From a virus, in IMG/VR virus record IMGVR_UViG_3300032288_001980, positions 96,001 through 160,000 of that record: DNA of 64,000 nucleotides. One strand, given 5' to 3'. The position numbers and the translations under genes were made by a program. Position 1 is the first letter of the stretch; the number at the start of each line of letters is the position of its first letter. This document shows positions 26,107-37,005 of this stretch, one piece after another. The notes under the pieces were generated by a model. It made no database searches. It was not told where the DNA came from and worked only from the letters and a program-made list of their open reading frames with translations.

Positions 26107-27159
26107 TTAACGTACTCCTACGACAGCCTCGATTAATCTGACGCCTTGTTCGTCAGAATTTACTAACGAACGACCGATGACTGTGTAGGGGTCTGGTCGT
26201 TCAACCGCTTTAGCAATTCCTGGCATATTGCTAGAAACTAGTCTAGCTCCTTTCCACACAGGACCTACTACTTGCACTGGCACACGACCTGTTAAAGCTA
26301 CTGGCAGTGCTTGGCCTTTACGTAGGCCTGCACCGTTTAGTATAAAGGCTGGCTCAGTGGAAACAACGCCAAACACTTGGTCGTCTGCTTCGCTTTGTGT
26401 TTGAGTAACTTCCTTTTCGCCGCCCAATTTAATTACTGTTCCTGGTGTGTAAGGAACATCTGATTCATAATATTCTGCAACGTCAGCAAATTCTGCTTGA
26501 ATCGCAACGCCTCGGAATTTAACACCTGTTCTATTAGCTAAATTAAAACCTTTGCCAATAGTTGGAAATTCTGGAAGAATAGCAGTTTCTGTAGCGTTAG
26601 GAGTAAACTCGTCTGCACTCATTATACCCATAATTCTCTTAGTTGCTGTTACTGTTTGATTGGGTTGTCCTTGATTAATAACAACTTTTTCAGTGTTATA
26701 ATGAATAATGACGTCATGGAAAAGTCCGTTTGTATCTCTTATAGTTGCATAAACAATTGTGTTGCTGTCGGGGAATCCTAACATTACCCACTTTGTACCA
26801 TCCCATACATATAATGTTTTTGTAGCAGGGTTGAACCAAAAATCTCCAGCTCTGTTTCCAGCTACTAACGGTTCCGTGTCACGGACGTATCTGTTAGCAA
26901 TTTCTTTCCATGCGCCGCTGGTGTCAAAAACACTAAGAGCTTTTGTAGATTTGTTAAACCATAGCTGTCCAACAATCGGATTTGCAGGTGCAGTAGGGTA
27001 AGAAAAGTTTTCTAGCATTGCTACTAGGTTTTCTGCCATTACTTCACCGTAGCCGGCATAGTTTTTACCCACTAGCCTAATGCTGGTGCTGACATCCAAG
27101 GTGCCATCGGCAATACTTGTTAGTAGCGTACCATCTGATTTATTGACATCATATGCCAT
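26107..27159 (-). CDS. tail fibre protein with C-terminal peptidase-G2-like autocleaving chaperone domain
   Basis: GQLWF/GDFWF and LYVWDGTKW fibre repeats; ADVAEYYE..PGTVI..VFGVVST..GRVPVQV. Confidence 0.8.
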   Translation of the reverse strand: MAYDVNKSDGTLLTSIADGTLDVSTSIRLVGKNYAGYGEVMAENLVAMLENFSYPTAPANPIVGQLWFNKSTKALSVFDTSGAWKEIANRYVRDTEPLVAGNRAGDFWFNPATKTLYVWDGTKWVMLGFPDSNTIVYATIRDTNGLFHDVIIHYNTEKVVINQGQPNQTVTATKRIMGIMSADEFTPNATETAILPEFPTIGKGFNLANRTGVKFRGVAIQAEFADVAEYYESDVPYTPGTVIKLGGEKEVTQTQSEADDQVFGVVSTEPAFILNGAGLRKGQALPVALTGRVPVQVVGPVWKGARLVSSNMPGIAKAVERPDPYTVIGRSLVNSDEQGVRLIEAVVGVR

Positions 27160-27179
27160 TGTAATTCCTCGTTATCTTA

Positions 27180-27185
27180 TATTTA
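27180..27185 (-). promoter_or_regulatory. candidate late promoter TAAATA
   Basis: Intergenic, followed by GAGG RBS and ATG 27159. Confidence 0.55.
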
Positions 27186-27192
27186 ACCAACT

Positions 27193-27840
27193 TTAGGCCA
27201 CTCTAATTCTTATAGTGTAACGTACTTGTAAAAGTCTATTTGCAGACTTTTGAACCGGGTGGAAAGTAACATGAGTTAACAATAATCCTCCGTTTAATGT
27301 AGTTCCTTTACTTTTTAAACCAATTTCATCAAATACAAATGAACCGTCAAAAGAACTAGCATTGTCTAAGTTATCTTGACTTTGTCCTGCTAAGTTAAAA
27401 ACTGTATCGCTGACCATAGGCTCATTATAATCGATAACACAGTTAACAACAATATCACTGTACGTTAAGCCATTAATGTGCTCGTAAGTGATAAAATTGC
27501 TAGTAGTATCTGTATTATTAACAGTATCGTTGCCGTCAACTACTTTAAAAAATGTAGGGCTGTATAAATCTTCGTTTTGGCCGCTGATATTTGACCCTTT
27601 GTATGTAATAACACCCATAGAGTCGATAATTGTGCCTCCGTTGCCAAAATGCATTTCATACACGGGGCCTACTCTAGTAGTAGGACCAACAAATGTATAC
27701 GCTAAACTTTGCACAAGTGCAATACTTAGGTTTTCAGGGTTAATAGCATTTCGCTGATTTACAAATACTTGGCCCGTAACTGGGTCAAATACTTTTAAAT
27801 GTCCTTCTATTTTTAGAGTAGCATTTTCATTTGATAACAT
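27193..27840 (-). CDS. baseplate / tail-collar-type structural protein
   Basis: FGNGG, FDEIGL, THVTFHPVQK..RYTIRI pattern typical of fibre-attachment proteins. Confidence 0.65.
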   Translation of the reverse strand: MLSNENATLKIEGHLKVFDPVTGQVFVNQRNAINPENLSIALVQSLAYTFVGPTTRVGPVYEMHFGNGGTIIDSMGVITYKGSNISGQNEDLYSPTFFKVVDGNDTVNNTDTTSNFITYEHINGLTYSDIVVNCVIDYNEPMVSDTVFNLAGQSQDNLDNASSFDGSFVFDEIGLKSKGTTLNGGLLLTHVTFHPVQKSANRLLQVRYTIRIRVA

Positions 27841-27860
27841 GGTTTTGCCTTTAATTTACA

Positions 27861-27866
27861 TATTTA
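27861..27866 (-). promoter_or_regulatory. candidate late promoter TAAATA
   Basis: Overlaps the stop of the giant gene, 20 nt upstream of ATG 27840. Confidence 0.45.
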
Positions 27867-30800
27867 CCTATTTAAATCACCCTCTTTTTCGGTGACAAAA
27901 ATTGCAGCCAATGTGCGGCTTTCTTTCAGGGTTTTACCCGGCTCATTGAAAATTACAGTAGGTTTATTGAATATAATAGCCCCTGTTTTTTCACGTTCAA
28001 CTGGAATAGTTTGTACTGGGTCAGCATCCATAACAACTGCACCTGCACTATGACTTGCGGCGCCTGTACCTAACGTTCCTCGCACTAACTTGCCTAATAT
28101 ATTTCCGTTGGCTTCGTAATATTCGATACGTTCGCCATCGATAAAAATAACACCTGGGTGACGGAAAGTAATATCTACTCCGCTTAATTTGGTTACATCT
28201 TCAACTTCAATATACTCACTTTCTGGAGTAATTGCAGTAACCAGTGTAGTTTTAGCATCGTTAGCTATTCTAGAATAAGACCACTCATTATTTAATGATT
28301 TTAACATACGGAAACTGTATAGTTCATATTCTCCTAACTCATAAATCTGAGCTTCGCGGGGGTATCTTGTTTCTACTAGAATTTCTAATGCGTCGCCAGC
28401 TTTAAGTATAGCTAATTCTTCGTCGGGGTTTTGTTCTAAACGTAAAATATTAAATGGTGCTCCATCAATGATGATTTGCAATTGTTCTGGTAATATGCCG
28501 AAATCGCCACCATTGTAAATTGCATCTAATAGAGCTTCTAATTGTTCTCTAGTAGGGTCAACGCCTACCCCTGGGAAATCCCATGGGCGACGATTTAAAC
28601 CTGGTTCGTATGTGTTAAAATCCATTGTGGTTGGATTACTTGTGTCTGTATTAGGGTTAATAGAATTAACTAAACTTGGACCTTGGCCTGTTCTGTTAAA
28701 TTTAAGTTTTACACTTGGATACACATATTCTTCGACGGTTATTTCTCCGGAGTCAGTAACGTCTCTAGTATCTAATACTTCACGCAGTTTACTGTGATAT
28801 GGTTTAGTTTGATCAATATAATCAATGAACTGCTCTACAGTATCTTTTTCATAGAACGGTTTTTGATCTAGACCTTTAACTGCTAGGTTGTCAACATGCA
28901 GATACGTGCTTTTTGCAATCCAGTCTACTCGGTTGTGTTCGCTGTAAACGTATCTTACCATTGCAAAGAACAATTTGTTATAATACTTGGCAAATCGATT
29001 AATAAAAATATCTTCTCTTAGTGCTGTTAGTATTTCGTAAAACTCTTGACTTGGTTCTGGATCCCAGCGTTTAAAGTCCCATGGGCCGTTGTCCCATAGG
29101 TCCTGTTGCTTTTGACTATTAAACAGAATTTCTTTAAATGCAATAGTACCGTTCTTTCTATAACGTAAAATTTGCTGACCATCTACATATTCGTAGACAG
29201 CAAATTTGCCTATTGCATCATTTTTAACTAAAATATAATCGCCATTGTTTAAAGTTTCTGTTAGCTGGAATATAACTTGCTCTGATTCTACTTCATAGCT
29301 ATAAGGAATAGTTGCATCGTAGCTAGGATCCACGTAGTCGATGTAATTCCAGAATTTAGTTAACTCGTAAAAATGCTCGCCCTTGGTAAAATCCTGCAAA
29401 TGTCTGTCCCAGTTTGCTATAGTGTTAACTAAATCAATTTCCGCTAACAATTGATTTACAACTTCAACGAAGTTTCTACGAGCTTCACTACGATTTTTAA
29501 TCCAGCTTTGTTGAGTTGGACGAATTCTATTACCGTAGCGATTAAACTGATTCAGTCTTGGATCAGGTACATCATTTGGTAATGGCATCTTGATAGTATT
29601 GTTAGCTAACAATGTATACTCGTACAATTTGTAGAAAGGTTGTTGTCCAAACGCTCTTGTTAGATCTTCAGCAGTGAATGTTCTAAAAGCTCTATAATAA
29701 CTATTGTTTTGTTTAACTATCGAACCAAATGTATATGCTGTTTCGGGTTGATAATCAGTATAGGTAGTTGTATATGTTGTGCTGTCATAACCTACTAGAC
29801 TGTCGCGCAGTCTAATATGTAGCCATTCAGGTATACCTGTTGTGCCATCATTTTCGCGAAGTATCATCCACTGGCTGTGTACATTTGTATCATCCGCTTT
29901 AAATTTAATTTGTAAACTAGTTGTAGTGTCATTTAAGAACTGTGTTACGTTAGCAATAATAAAACTGTCCTTGCTAACTGGAGCAAACCAACTGATACCG
30001 CTGTTAGTTGGATCAGTAATTATGCTGGCTAATGTAGCAATAGGAATTCTTCTTTCTTTACGATTGTTTGGTAATGTAGTTTTATCTTTTACCCAGAAAT
30101 AATATTTTGTAGCTTGAGCACCTGTTTCTGTAGTATAAACAACCGTAGAGTAACTGTTGTTACTAATGTCGCCATTAGGTGTTATCTTTGCTGTACCTGT
30201 TGGAACTTGTCCATCAACTGGCGTGCCATTTTTAACAGCTTCGTTGTAAGCAATTGGGTCCACACTAGTTTCTATCCACTCGTAGATGTCGATGCTACTA
30301 CCAGTAAACAACTTACCCCAATTTTTAATTCTGTAGTCTAATGTACCTTGTTCGTATTCTACATACTTGACATTGCTAGTGTCCCACCACACTGTGCCAA
30401 CTTGGCGATGAGTCCAATAGCTGTCAGGGTTAACTGAAATATTATCGTCAGTGGTAATTTCATACTGAGCAGGATCTACGCTACCTTTGTGATCTATTTC
30501 AATATCAGCGACACTAGGTATGATTCCTTTGTAAGGGTCATATAACTCCAAATCTATTAAGATTCTATCTAGTTTGTAATCGTATAAATTTACTTCATGA
30601 ATTTTATAAGTATCAACCAATGGGGATTCTTGGTCATATAAATCAAAGTTTTGATATAGTACAGGTATCAAAGTAATATCGTCTTCTACTCTGTACTCAT
30701 ATTGCCATTGGTATACTTTGTATCCGGATTCTTCTTCGACATAGGCAAGTTCATTGTCTACCCAATTGTATCTCGGACTGGTTCTAGATGCCTCTAATAA

Positions 30801-33800
30801 AGTCTTAGTTTTGAATACTACAGGAGCATACAGATAAACTGTTCCTTCAGTACCAGGATCAGTAACAATAGTAGAAATTTGTATTGTGTCAGAATCTATT
30901 ACGCTGTCGACCGTAACTATACCATCAATAGTATCACTACTATTAGAACCTGTAATTAACAACACATCGCCTGCTGTCATATTATGGGCTTCACTAAATG
31001 TTACATTAGTTGGGCCAGTCGGGCTATCGTCTGCTTTGACAATTTCTGTTATTGTATAAGACTTTTGCTGTGATAAAACGCTCCACTTGCCTTCTTTATA
31101 ATTGCCTATCCAGATAGTTGGCTTTGTAGTTACATCAATGCTGTCGTATAGATCTTTTACAGATGTTGTGTCTGCTGTAACAAAATCAACGTCGTCAAAA
31201 TTAATAAATCCTGCGTTAGGCAAATCTGTATCAAATACTACTTCATTTTGATCGTCGGTTAATTCAGATTTTTTACGAACAGGGAAAGTTAAATTTTCGG
31301 CGCCAGGACGATCAATCCATCGATTGTCCGAAGCCATAATATCAACGATTCTGTCGGTACTACGATCAATGTTACTAATTTCAGTAGTAGGGTCGTAGTC
31401 GGGTCTAAACCTAAACAGTTGTTTATTGTCTTTAAATTCTTTTTGTTTTAACTGTAAGCTCCATGATTGATTTGTTTCATTTGCACCAAAGTCTCCCAGC
31501 TTAAACATCCATTCTTCATCTACTTCCAACTCTTGCAAAGTATTAATTGTTCCTTCTACGTTGGTGTTACGTAAAAGTTTGCTATAGACAGCAGGAGTAC
31601 CCTGCTGACGAATCATTCCCCTTTGGAATTCAAATGTTACGCTAGGGTTTAACAATAAATTGTCAAGATAACTAGTGGTATTAATTCCTAAATTATGACG
31701 AGCTGTTTCAACTAGTCTTGTGTTTAGAGTACTGCCTTCAATACTAAAGTATCTAGTTTCCATATCGGAAATAGTTCTATCATAGTTTGCTATAACTGTA
31801 CTACCATTGATTAAATAACCGGCAGCACTTGGACGGCCTTGCCAATCTGCTGTGCGCTGGCCAATGAATTTTAATCTGTATTGTTTTAATCGTAAAACTG
31901 GATCGTAGACAATATCATTAAATGCTGTAATGTTATCAAATATAACAGCATGTTCAATGTCTAGTATACGAATTCGAATACCAAATAATCCTGTTTGATC
32001 GCTCTTAGTTGAAATAACAGTTACACCGTCATCTTCTCTACTAATTTTAACATTACTGATGTCCAACGGGACTTTATCTTTGTCTATCAGCGGAGCAAAG
32101 CCTCTGGTCATTACATTAAAGTCTTCAACAAAACCCTGTGGATTACTAATTATTAGTTTATTAGCACATGGACTTAATGCAATATAATATCCCTCTGCCC
32201 ATTTAGTTTCGCTCCAAAACAAAAATTGTTGAGCACTTTGACGAAAGTCTTTAATACCATTCATAGTTGTATCAAAGTCACCAAATACTACCCCTTGGTC
32301 AACTATCCAGCGTTGTAGTCCTAGTAGGAAGTTAACTACTCCTTCTCTACTATTGAATACTGTGCCATAATCTACTAAACTAGGTGTTGTTTCCCAGTCT
32401 AGTGATTCTTTAACTGTAATATTACTATAAGTAAATTCGGTTACACGGCTAGTTGGCTTTGGTTTATATACTGTAAAATAAGGATTAATAAAGTCGTAAC
32501 CTTGAACTTCATAACCTTTGCCGTTATAAATTACTTTTACACCACTATAGAAGAATTCTTTATACGGAGTTCCTTTATAAAATGTTAAATTGTAACTTTC
32601 TTCGGGGATAAAATTTCCGCCGCTTTGAACTTTTAAACTGTCCGCAAGGAAACTTAAATTTCTCTTGTCAGCAAAACCGCCTAGTTTGAAAATGTTTTGT
32701 ACAGTGGCATATCTTATTTGATTGTAAAAATAATCTGCCAATGTTTTACTGTCGCTGATTAAACTTTCAGCTATAATATTTTCTAGTCCGTAACGTATAG
32801 TGGTATTGTCAGAATAAATGTTGTCGCCATATATTTCCCTGTGGAAAATATACTCCCCTACAGGAGGACGACTGCTTTGTAATTTACTTACAGAATATTG
32901 AGTATTGTAAAAATCAGTGCCTTCAAATTCTGGTTGCCACGACTTTTCGATATACTTGTTAGGTGCTACTGTAAAGTACCATTGGGCCGCGGCCCAAGGA
33001 TACTCTTCGCTTCGAATCCATGCAAGTTCTTGGTTGCCTAAGTCGCCTGCGGCCCAATCTAATTGAGCGGCTTCTTGACTAGGAGCAGATGTAATACCAG
33101 CCGTAACTGGATCTAACAAATGACCTAAATTGTTAACAGGAAAAATTGCGCTGGGTCTAGCAACCATATGATCAACTAATACCGCAGGAGGACAAGCAAC
33201 ATTGCCTAACTGTAAGGCGTCAATTAACGGCTGTCTTTTGTAAGGGTCGGTCCAACTATAATGTGTATCCCACCATGTAGGCTTGACACTATAGCCCAAC
33301 ATTTCCCATGGGTGAGTATGTGGACGATCTGTGTCATACAATGCTTTATAAATGCTTCTCCAACTGCCGCCTAGGCCGTTGCTAACAGTAGTGTAGTTCC
33401 AGGTAAATTTATTAGTCTGCTGATAAAAAGCAGTATTATCTAATTGATTAATACCATTGGTTGTTTTCCATAGTCTAAACAAATCACCAACATAGCTGGC
33501 CTTGTCTTCTCTAGAAACACGAGTGGATCTAAATAGTCCAGGTTCAGCATTAGTCCATCTAAAGCGTTTTTGTTTGAACCCGTCAAATATGTTATTATAA
33601 ATTCTTGTTTCTAATTCAAGTATTATATCATCTCTGTAATCGCCGTAAGCAACAATCATACTGCCGTCATGACATTGAATAAATGTTTTTGCAACGGGAT
33701 ATGTGTTATCTGTAATAACCTCTGGCTTGTAAACTGGAGCCATGCCCAGTTTACTCAAACTAGCTGGCACAAAGCTATTGTTTTTAGTTTCATATACTAC

Positions 33801-36800
33801 TATATCAATAGTACAAGGTCCACCTAACTGAATAAACTCTACAGTTGTATTGCTTAGAGTGTAATGAACTCCTTGTGTTTTAATTCGATTGTTAATGTAA
33901 ACATAAACATGATTTCTATAAGGATCAGTAATATCAACTGCAATAGGCAATGCATAAGTAACCGTTTGCGGAGAAATTTCGCTTATATTATAACTTACGG
34001 AACTTTTAACAGGACCATAATAGACCATATCACTGTATGCGTGAGTAAAGTCTGAAGCTTTTCCGATATTGATGTCGGCCAATGCTTTATCTAGTTGTTC
34101 TGCCGGAGTTAATTCCGTTACATCTACTTCGGAATCTAGCATTGAAATTTTCTGCAAAAACTTTTGTCTAAATATCTTAGACTGTTCCGCACCAAAACGT
34201 AATGCATTAATTGGATTAGTTTCGCTTAATCTTAACAATGCCGCTAGCTTTAATGAACTATTTTCTTGTTGTTGTATTACCCAACCTGATCCAGGATTTT
34301 TGTGTATATTATAATAGTTATTTTTACCGTAGCCGTGTCCTTCGAATCCATAGGTGCTTAATAGTTTACTCTTAAAGTGATTGAATACTTGATTATATCC
34401 AACACTGGTAAAAGAAGCGTTATCGGCGTTGGCCTCTAGTGTATTGTGTACAGCATAAATGCCCCATTCAACAGAACTTTCAAACAATACTTCAATAATA
34501 TCGCCGTTAGATAATATACTAGGTTCAACAGTAATTTCAATTAGTCCTGCATTTTCCTGGTAAGTGAACCCTTCTGTTTTGTCGTAACCGTTTACTCTTA
34601 CTAGGAAACTACGAGGATCGTTATAAGCATCTGTAACGATTACTTTACCAGTTGTTCCATTAAACAAATATCTAAAATTTGTTTGCGTTGTGGCATAAAT
34701 TTCTATAGAGCCTTCTGTAGCTCCGTTATTAGTAACAAACCCAGCTGGAGTATTGTCTATATCATTAATAAATGTTAGTGACAGGCCACTCATGTTATAA
34801 ACTGTAGCTTGTCCTAATACAGGTACTACCAGTGTGTTAGTAACTGGATCAAATCTTTCCCATTCGCCGGCCTTGCTCAAACACCAAAATACAGGTTTGC
34901 TGTTTTCTTGAGTTACCATGTAAGTATAACTAGGTGTGCTGTCTAGTGGAATACTAATTACATTATCTGAATATTTGTTATTAACTGGTTTGCTAACACG
35001 CTGATAAGTCTTTGGTGGCTCACTGTTTTTAACCCAACCGTTACTTTGATTGTAGCGGCCTAGTTTTTCATCCCAATACTGATAATAATAGTTACCTGGA
35101 ATCTGACTACGCAAGTTTAAAGAATCTCTATAGTATAAAGGATAATTTTGTGTTACATCAAATAATAAATTTGTAAATGTTTTAGCAAAAGGACTAGCAT
35201 TGTCTACAATGTCAAAGTTTGTAGATCCGTAAGAAACTTCGAACCCTAGTTCTTCGTCATAGACAGATCCTACTTGATATTGGAATAATGTATTTCCTGC
35301 AAAATCACTGTCAGGATATTCGTTGGTATTGCCAATGCTTACTGCATTTTTATCATACATTGTAAACAACGGAAATTGATTACGTTTTGTTTTATTTTGT
35401 CCTAGTACCCAATTGGTACCGTCAAACCATAGTTCTTTATAAATGTACGTACTTCCTCTTAGGACAAACAACTTGTCGTCTGTACTGTCTATGCTAGGAC
35501 TGTCTGGCTCAAGTACAAAACTAATTGCAGATCCTACTCCGGTTACACGATATATTTTATTGTTATAATTATGGTTGCCGTTAATGAATACTACCCTGTA
35601 ATCATTTTTTAATTGTATACCATCAACAATAAACGCAGATTCACTGGTAATTGTTGCTGGAGCAATATTATCAATTACTAGGTCAACCGGAGTGATTGGG
35701 TTTTTTCCGTAGTTGTATAACTCCAAGTCTCTAATAAATTGTACAATAGGACGAGCCGCACGTTGTTCTACTTTTAGATAATCGGCGCTGTTTACTCCTA
35801 AGAACTCACAAACTTCTTTGACTGCATCAACGTGATACCATTTGTTTGTTCTACTCCACGGATTTTGATCGCGGGCGCCGCGTTCCATGACAATATACTC
35901 TTTTTGTATAGGCGCAGGCTCGCTGGTATCCCAACGCTTACGATCCCAGTTAACTCCATCCCATGGCACATAGGCCAACATTGTATAAGACGTGCGAGGA
36001 TCTAATTCGATACTAGGAATTAACTTAATACTATCTCCTACTCCACTTACAATATAATACTCAGGATCTACCAATGGATCAGGATCGCTTACATATTCTG
36101 CGGGTGTTACAGTTGGCGCTGTAATACCTGTTACTGTAACACTAAACAAACTACCAGCTCCAATTATACCAGGACTGGCTCTTAGCATGTCACCAACTTT
36201 GTATCCTTGACCGCCGTCTATTAATACTACACTAGTAACTTGGCCACCGCTGACTGTTAGATTTACTCTGACACCAGACCCAGTTACAGTTTCGTCTTGT
36301 CCAACTAGTGGAACGTTTTGATAAAAACCGTTGTTGTATCCGCTGCCAGAGTTTGGGCCGCTTAAACTAGTAATTGTATTTTTGTTAATAAAATAAATTT
36401 TCATTCCGTTATGGAATGTCAAAGTTTTTCCGTTAGGCTGAACTGGTGTTGTATACTCTAGCTTGCCAATAATATCACTAGCTACATTAATTGTACCTTC
36501 CAATTGAATAGGCAGCGGATCAAACTTTAACCAATAATAACTGGTAAAGTTAGTAAACATGTCTGCATCAATAGGAGGGTTCCAAACGTAATATTCACTG
36601 TCTAACTGATCTGGTTTTGTTCTGTTCCAATTTAACTTTAGCTGTGAAAGAAAGTCGTCGTAAGTCAAGCTATCAGTAACATTACCGTTAATGTCATTGA
36701 ATACTACTCCGGGTTCTAACTGATAGTCGGATCTAATTGAACGTGGCTCTTCTAAATAAAAATCTTTTGTAGGACGATATACTGTACCACTTTTTTTACC

Positions 36801-37004
36801 TACATATAAGTTAATATCTTCGGGCGAGCCTTTGCTTATTAATTTGTCTAATGTATTGGATAAAAATTTTGTGTTAATATCGGTTCGGATATAGCCCGGC
36901 AAGAAGTTGCTAGATTTGATTACTTCGTTGCCAGCACCTTCCCCGGGTACTGTATTTTTACTGGCCACTACGGGCTGTGCGGAGAAATTCTTCTTTTCTG
37001 CCAT
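27864..37004 (-). CDS. giant (3046 aa) structural protein, probable baseplate wedge component
   Basis: Uninterrupted 9.1-kb ORF directly after the gp6-like gene; GSGY/GQGY Ig-like insert, WD-rich motifs; product inferred from position. Confidence 0.7.
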   Translation of the reverse strand: MAEKKNFSAQPVVASKNTVPGEGAGNEVIKSSNFLPGYIRTDINTKFLSNTLDKLISKGSPEDINLYVGKKSGTVYRPTKDFYLEEPRSIRSDYQLEPGVVFNDINGNVTDSLTYDDFLSQLKLNWNRTKPDQLDSEYYVWNPPIDADMFTNFTSYYWLKFDPLPIQLEGTINVASDIIGKLEYTTPVQPNGKTLTFHNGMKIYFINKNTITSLSGPNSGSGYNNGFYQNVPLVGQDETVTGSGVRVNLTVSGGQVTSVVLIDGGQGYKVGDMLRASPGIIGAGSLFSVTVTGITAPTVTPAEYVSDPDPLVDPEYYIVSGVGDSIKLIPSIELDPRTSYTMLAYVPWDGVNWDRKRWDTSEPAPIQKEYIVMERGARDQNPWSRTNKWYHVDAVKEVCEFLGVNSADYLKVEQRAARPIVQFIRDLELYNYGKNPITPVDLVIDNIAPATITSESAFIVDGIQLKNDYRVVFINGNHNYNNKIYRVTGVGSAISFVLEPDSPSIDSTDDKLFVLRGSTYIYKELWFDGTNWVLGQNKTKRNQFPLFTMYDKNAVSIGNTNEYPDSDFAGNTLFQYQVGSVYDEELGFEVSYGSTNFDIVDNASPFAKTFTNLLFDVTQNYPLYYRDSLNLRSQIPGNYYYQYWDEKLGRYNQSNGWVKNSEPPKTYQRVSKPVNNKYSDNVISIPLDSTPSYTYMVTQENSKPVFWCLSKAGEWERFDPVTNTLVVPVLGQATVYNMSGLSLTFINDIDNTPAGFVTNNGATEGSIEIYATTQTNFRYLFNGTTGKVIVTDAYNDPRSFLVRVNGYDKTEGFTYQENAGLIEITVEPSILSNGDIIEVLFESSVEWGIYAVHNTLEANADNASFTSVGYNQVFNHFKSKLLSTYGFEGHGYGKNNYYNIHKNPGSGWVIQQQENSSLKLAALLRLSETNPINALRFGAEQSKIFRQKFLQKISMLDSEVDVTELTPAEQLDKALADINIGKASDFTHAYSDMVYYGPVKSSVSYNISEISPQTVTYALPIAVDITDPYRNHVYVYINNRIKTQGVHYTLSNTTVEFIQLGGPCTIDIVVYETKNNSFVPASLSKLGMAPVYKPEVITDNTYPVAKTFIQCHDGSMIVAYGDYRDDIILELETRIYNNIFDGFKQKRFRWTNAEPGLFRSTRVSREDKASYVGDLFRLWKTTNGINQLDNTAFYQQTNKFTWNYTTVSNGLGGSWRSIYKALYDTDRPHTHPWEMLGYSVKPTWWDTHYSWTDPYKRQPLIDALQLGNVACPPAVLVDHMVARPSAIFPVNNLGHLLDPVTAGITSAPSQEAAQLDWAAGDLGNQELAWIRSEEYPWAAAQWYFTVAPNKYIEKSWQPEFEGTDFYNTQYSVSKLQSSRPPVGEYIFHREIYGDNIYSDNTTIRYGLENIIAESLISDSKTLADYFYNQIRYATVQNIFKLGGFADKRNLSFLADSLKVQSGGNFIPEESYNLTFYKGTPYKEFFYSGVKVIYNGKGYEVQGYDFINPYFTVYKPKPTSRVTEFTYSNITVKESLDWETTPSLVDYGTVFNSREGVVNFLLGLQRWIVDQGVVFGDFDTTMNGIKDFRQSAQQFLFWSETKWAEGYYIALSPCANKLIISNPQGFVEDFNVMTRGFAPLIDKDKVPLDISNVKISREDDGVTVISTKSDQTGLFGIRIRILDIEHAVIFDNITAFNDIVYDPVLRLKQYRLKFIGQRTADWQGRPSAAGYLINGSTVIANYDRTISDMETRYFSIEGSTLNTRLVETARHNLGINTTSYLDNLLLNPSVTFEFQRGMIRQQGTPAVYSKLLRNTNVEGTINTLQELEVDEEWMFKLGDFGANETNQSWSLQLKQKEFKDNKQLFRFRPDYDPTTEISNIDRSTDRIVDIMASDNRWIDRPGAENLTFPVRKKSELTDDQNEVVFDTDLPNAGFINFDDVDFVTADTTSVKDLYDSIDVTTKPTIWIGNYKEGKWSVLSQQKSYTITEIVKADDSPTGPTNVTFSEAHNMTAGDVLLITGSNSSDTIDGIVTVDSVIDSDTIQISTIVTDPGTEGTVYLYAPVVFKTKTLLEASRTSPRYNWVDNELAYVEEESGYKVYQWQYEYRVEDDITLIPVLYQNFDLYDQESPLVDTYKIHEVNLYDYKLDRILIDLELYDPYKGIIPSVADIEIDHKGSVDPAQYEITTDDNISVNPDSYWTHRQVGTVWWDTSNVKYVEYEQGTLDYRIKNWGKLFTGSSIDIYEWIETSVDPIAYNEAVKNGTPVDGQVPTGTAKITPNGDISNNSYSTVVYTTETGAQATKYYFWVKDKTTLPNNRKERRIPIATLASIITDPTNSGISWFAPVSKDSFIIANVTQFLNDTTTSLQIKFKADDTNVHSQWMILRENDGTTGIPEWLHIRLRDSLVGYDSTTYTTTYTDYQPETAYTFGSIVKQNNSYYRAFRTFTAEDLTRAFGQQPFYKLYEYTLLANNTIKMPLPNDVPDPRLNQFNRYGNRIRPTQQSWIKNRSEARRNFVEVVNQLLAEIDLVNTIANWDRHLQDFTKGEHFYELTKFWNYIDYVDPSYDATIPYSYEVESEQVIFQLTETLNNGDYILVKNDAIGKFAVYEYVDGQQILRYRKNGTIAFKEILFNSQKQQDLWDNGPWDFKRWDPEPSQEFYEILTALREDIFINRFAKYYNKLFFAMVRYVYSEHNRVDWIAKSTYLHVDNLAVKGLDQKPFYEKDTVEQFIDYIDQTKPYHSKLREVLDTRDVTDSGEITVEEYVYPSVKLKFNRTGQGPSLVNSINPNTDTSNPTTMDFNTYEPGLNRRPWDFPGVGVDPTREQLEALLDAIYNGGDFGILPEQLQIIIDGAPFNILRLEQNPDEELAILKAGDALEILVETRYPREAQIYELGEYELYSFRMLKSLNNEWSYSRIANDAKTTLVTAITPESEYIEVEDVTKLSGVDITFRHPGVIFIDGERIEYYEANGNILGKLVRGTLGTGAASHSAGAVVMDADPVQTIPVEREKTGAIIFNKPTVIFNEPGKTLKESRTLAAIFVTEKEGDLNR

Positions 37005-37005
37005 C

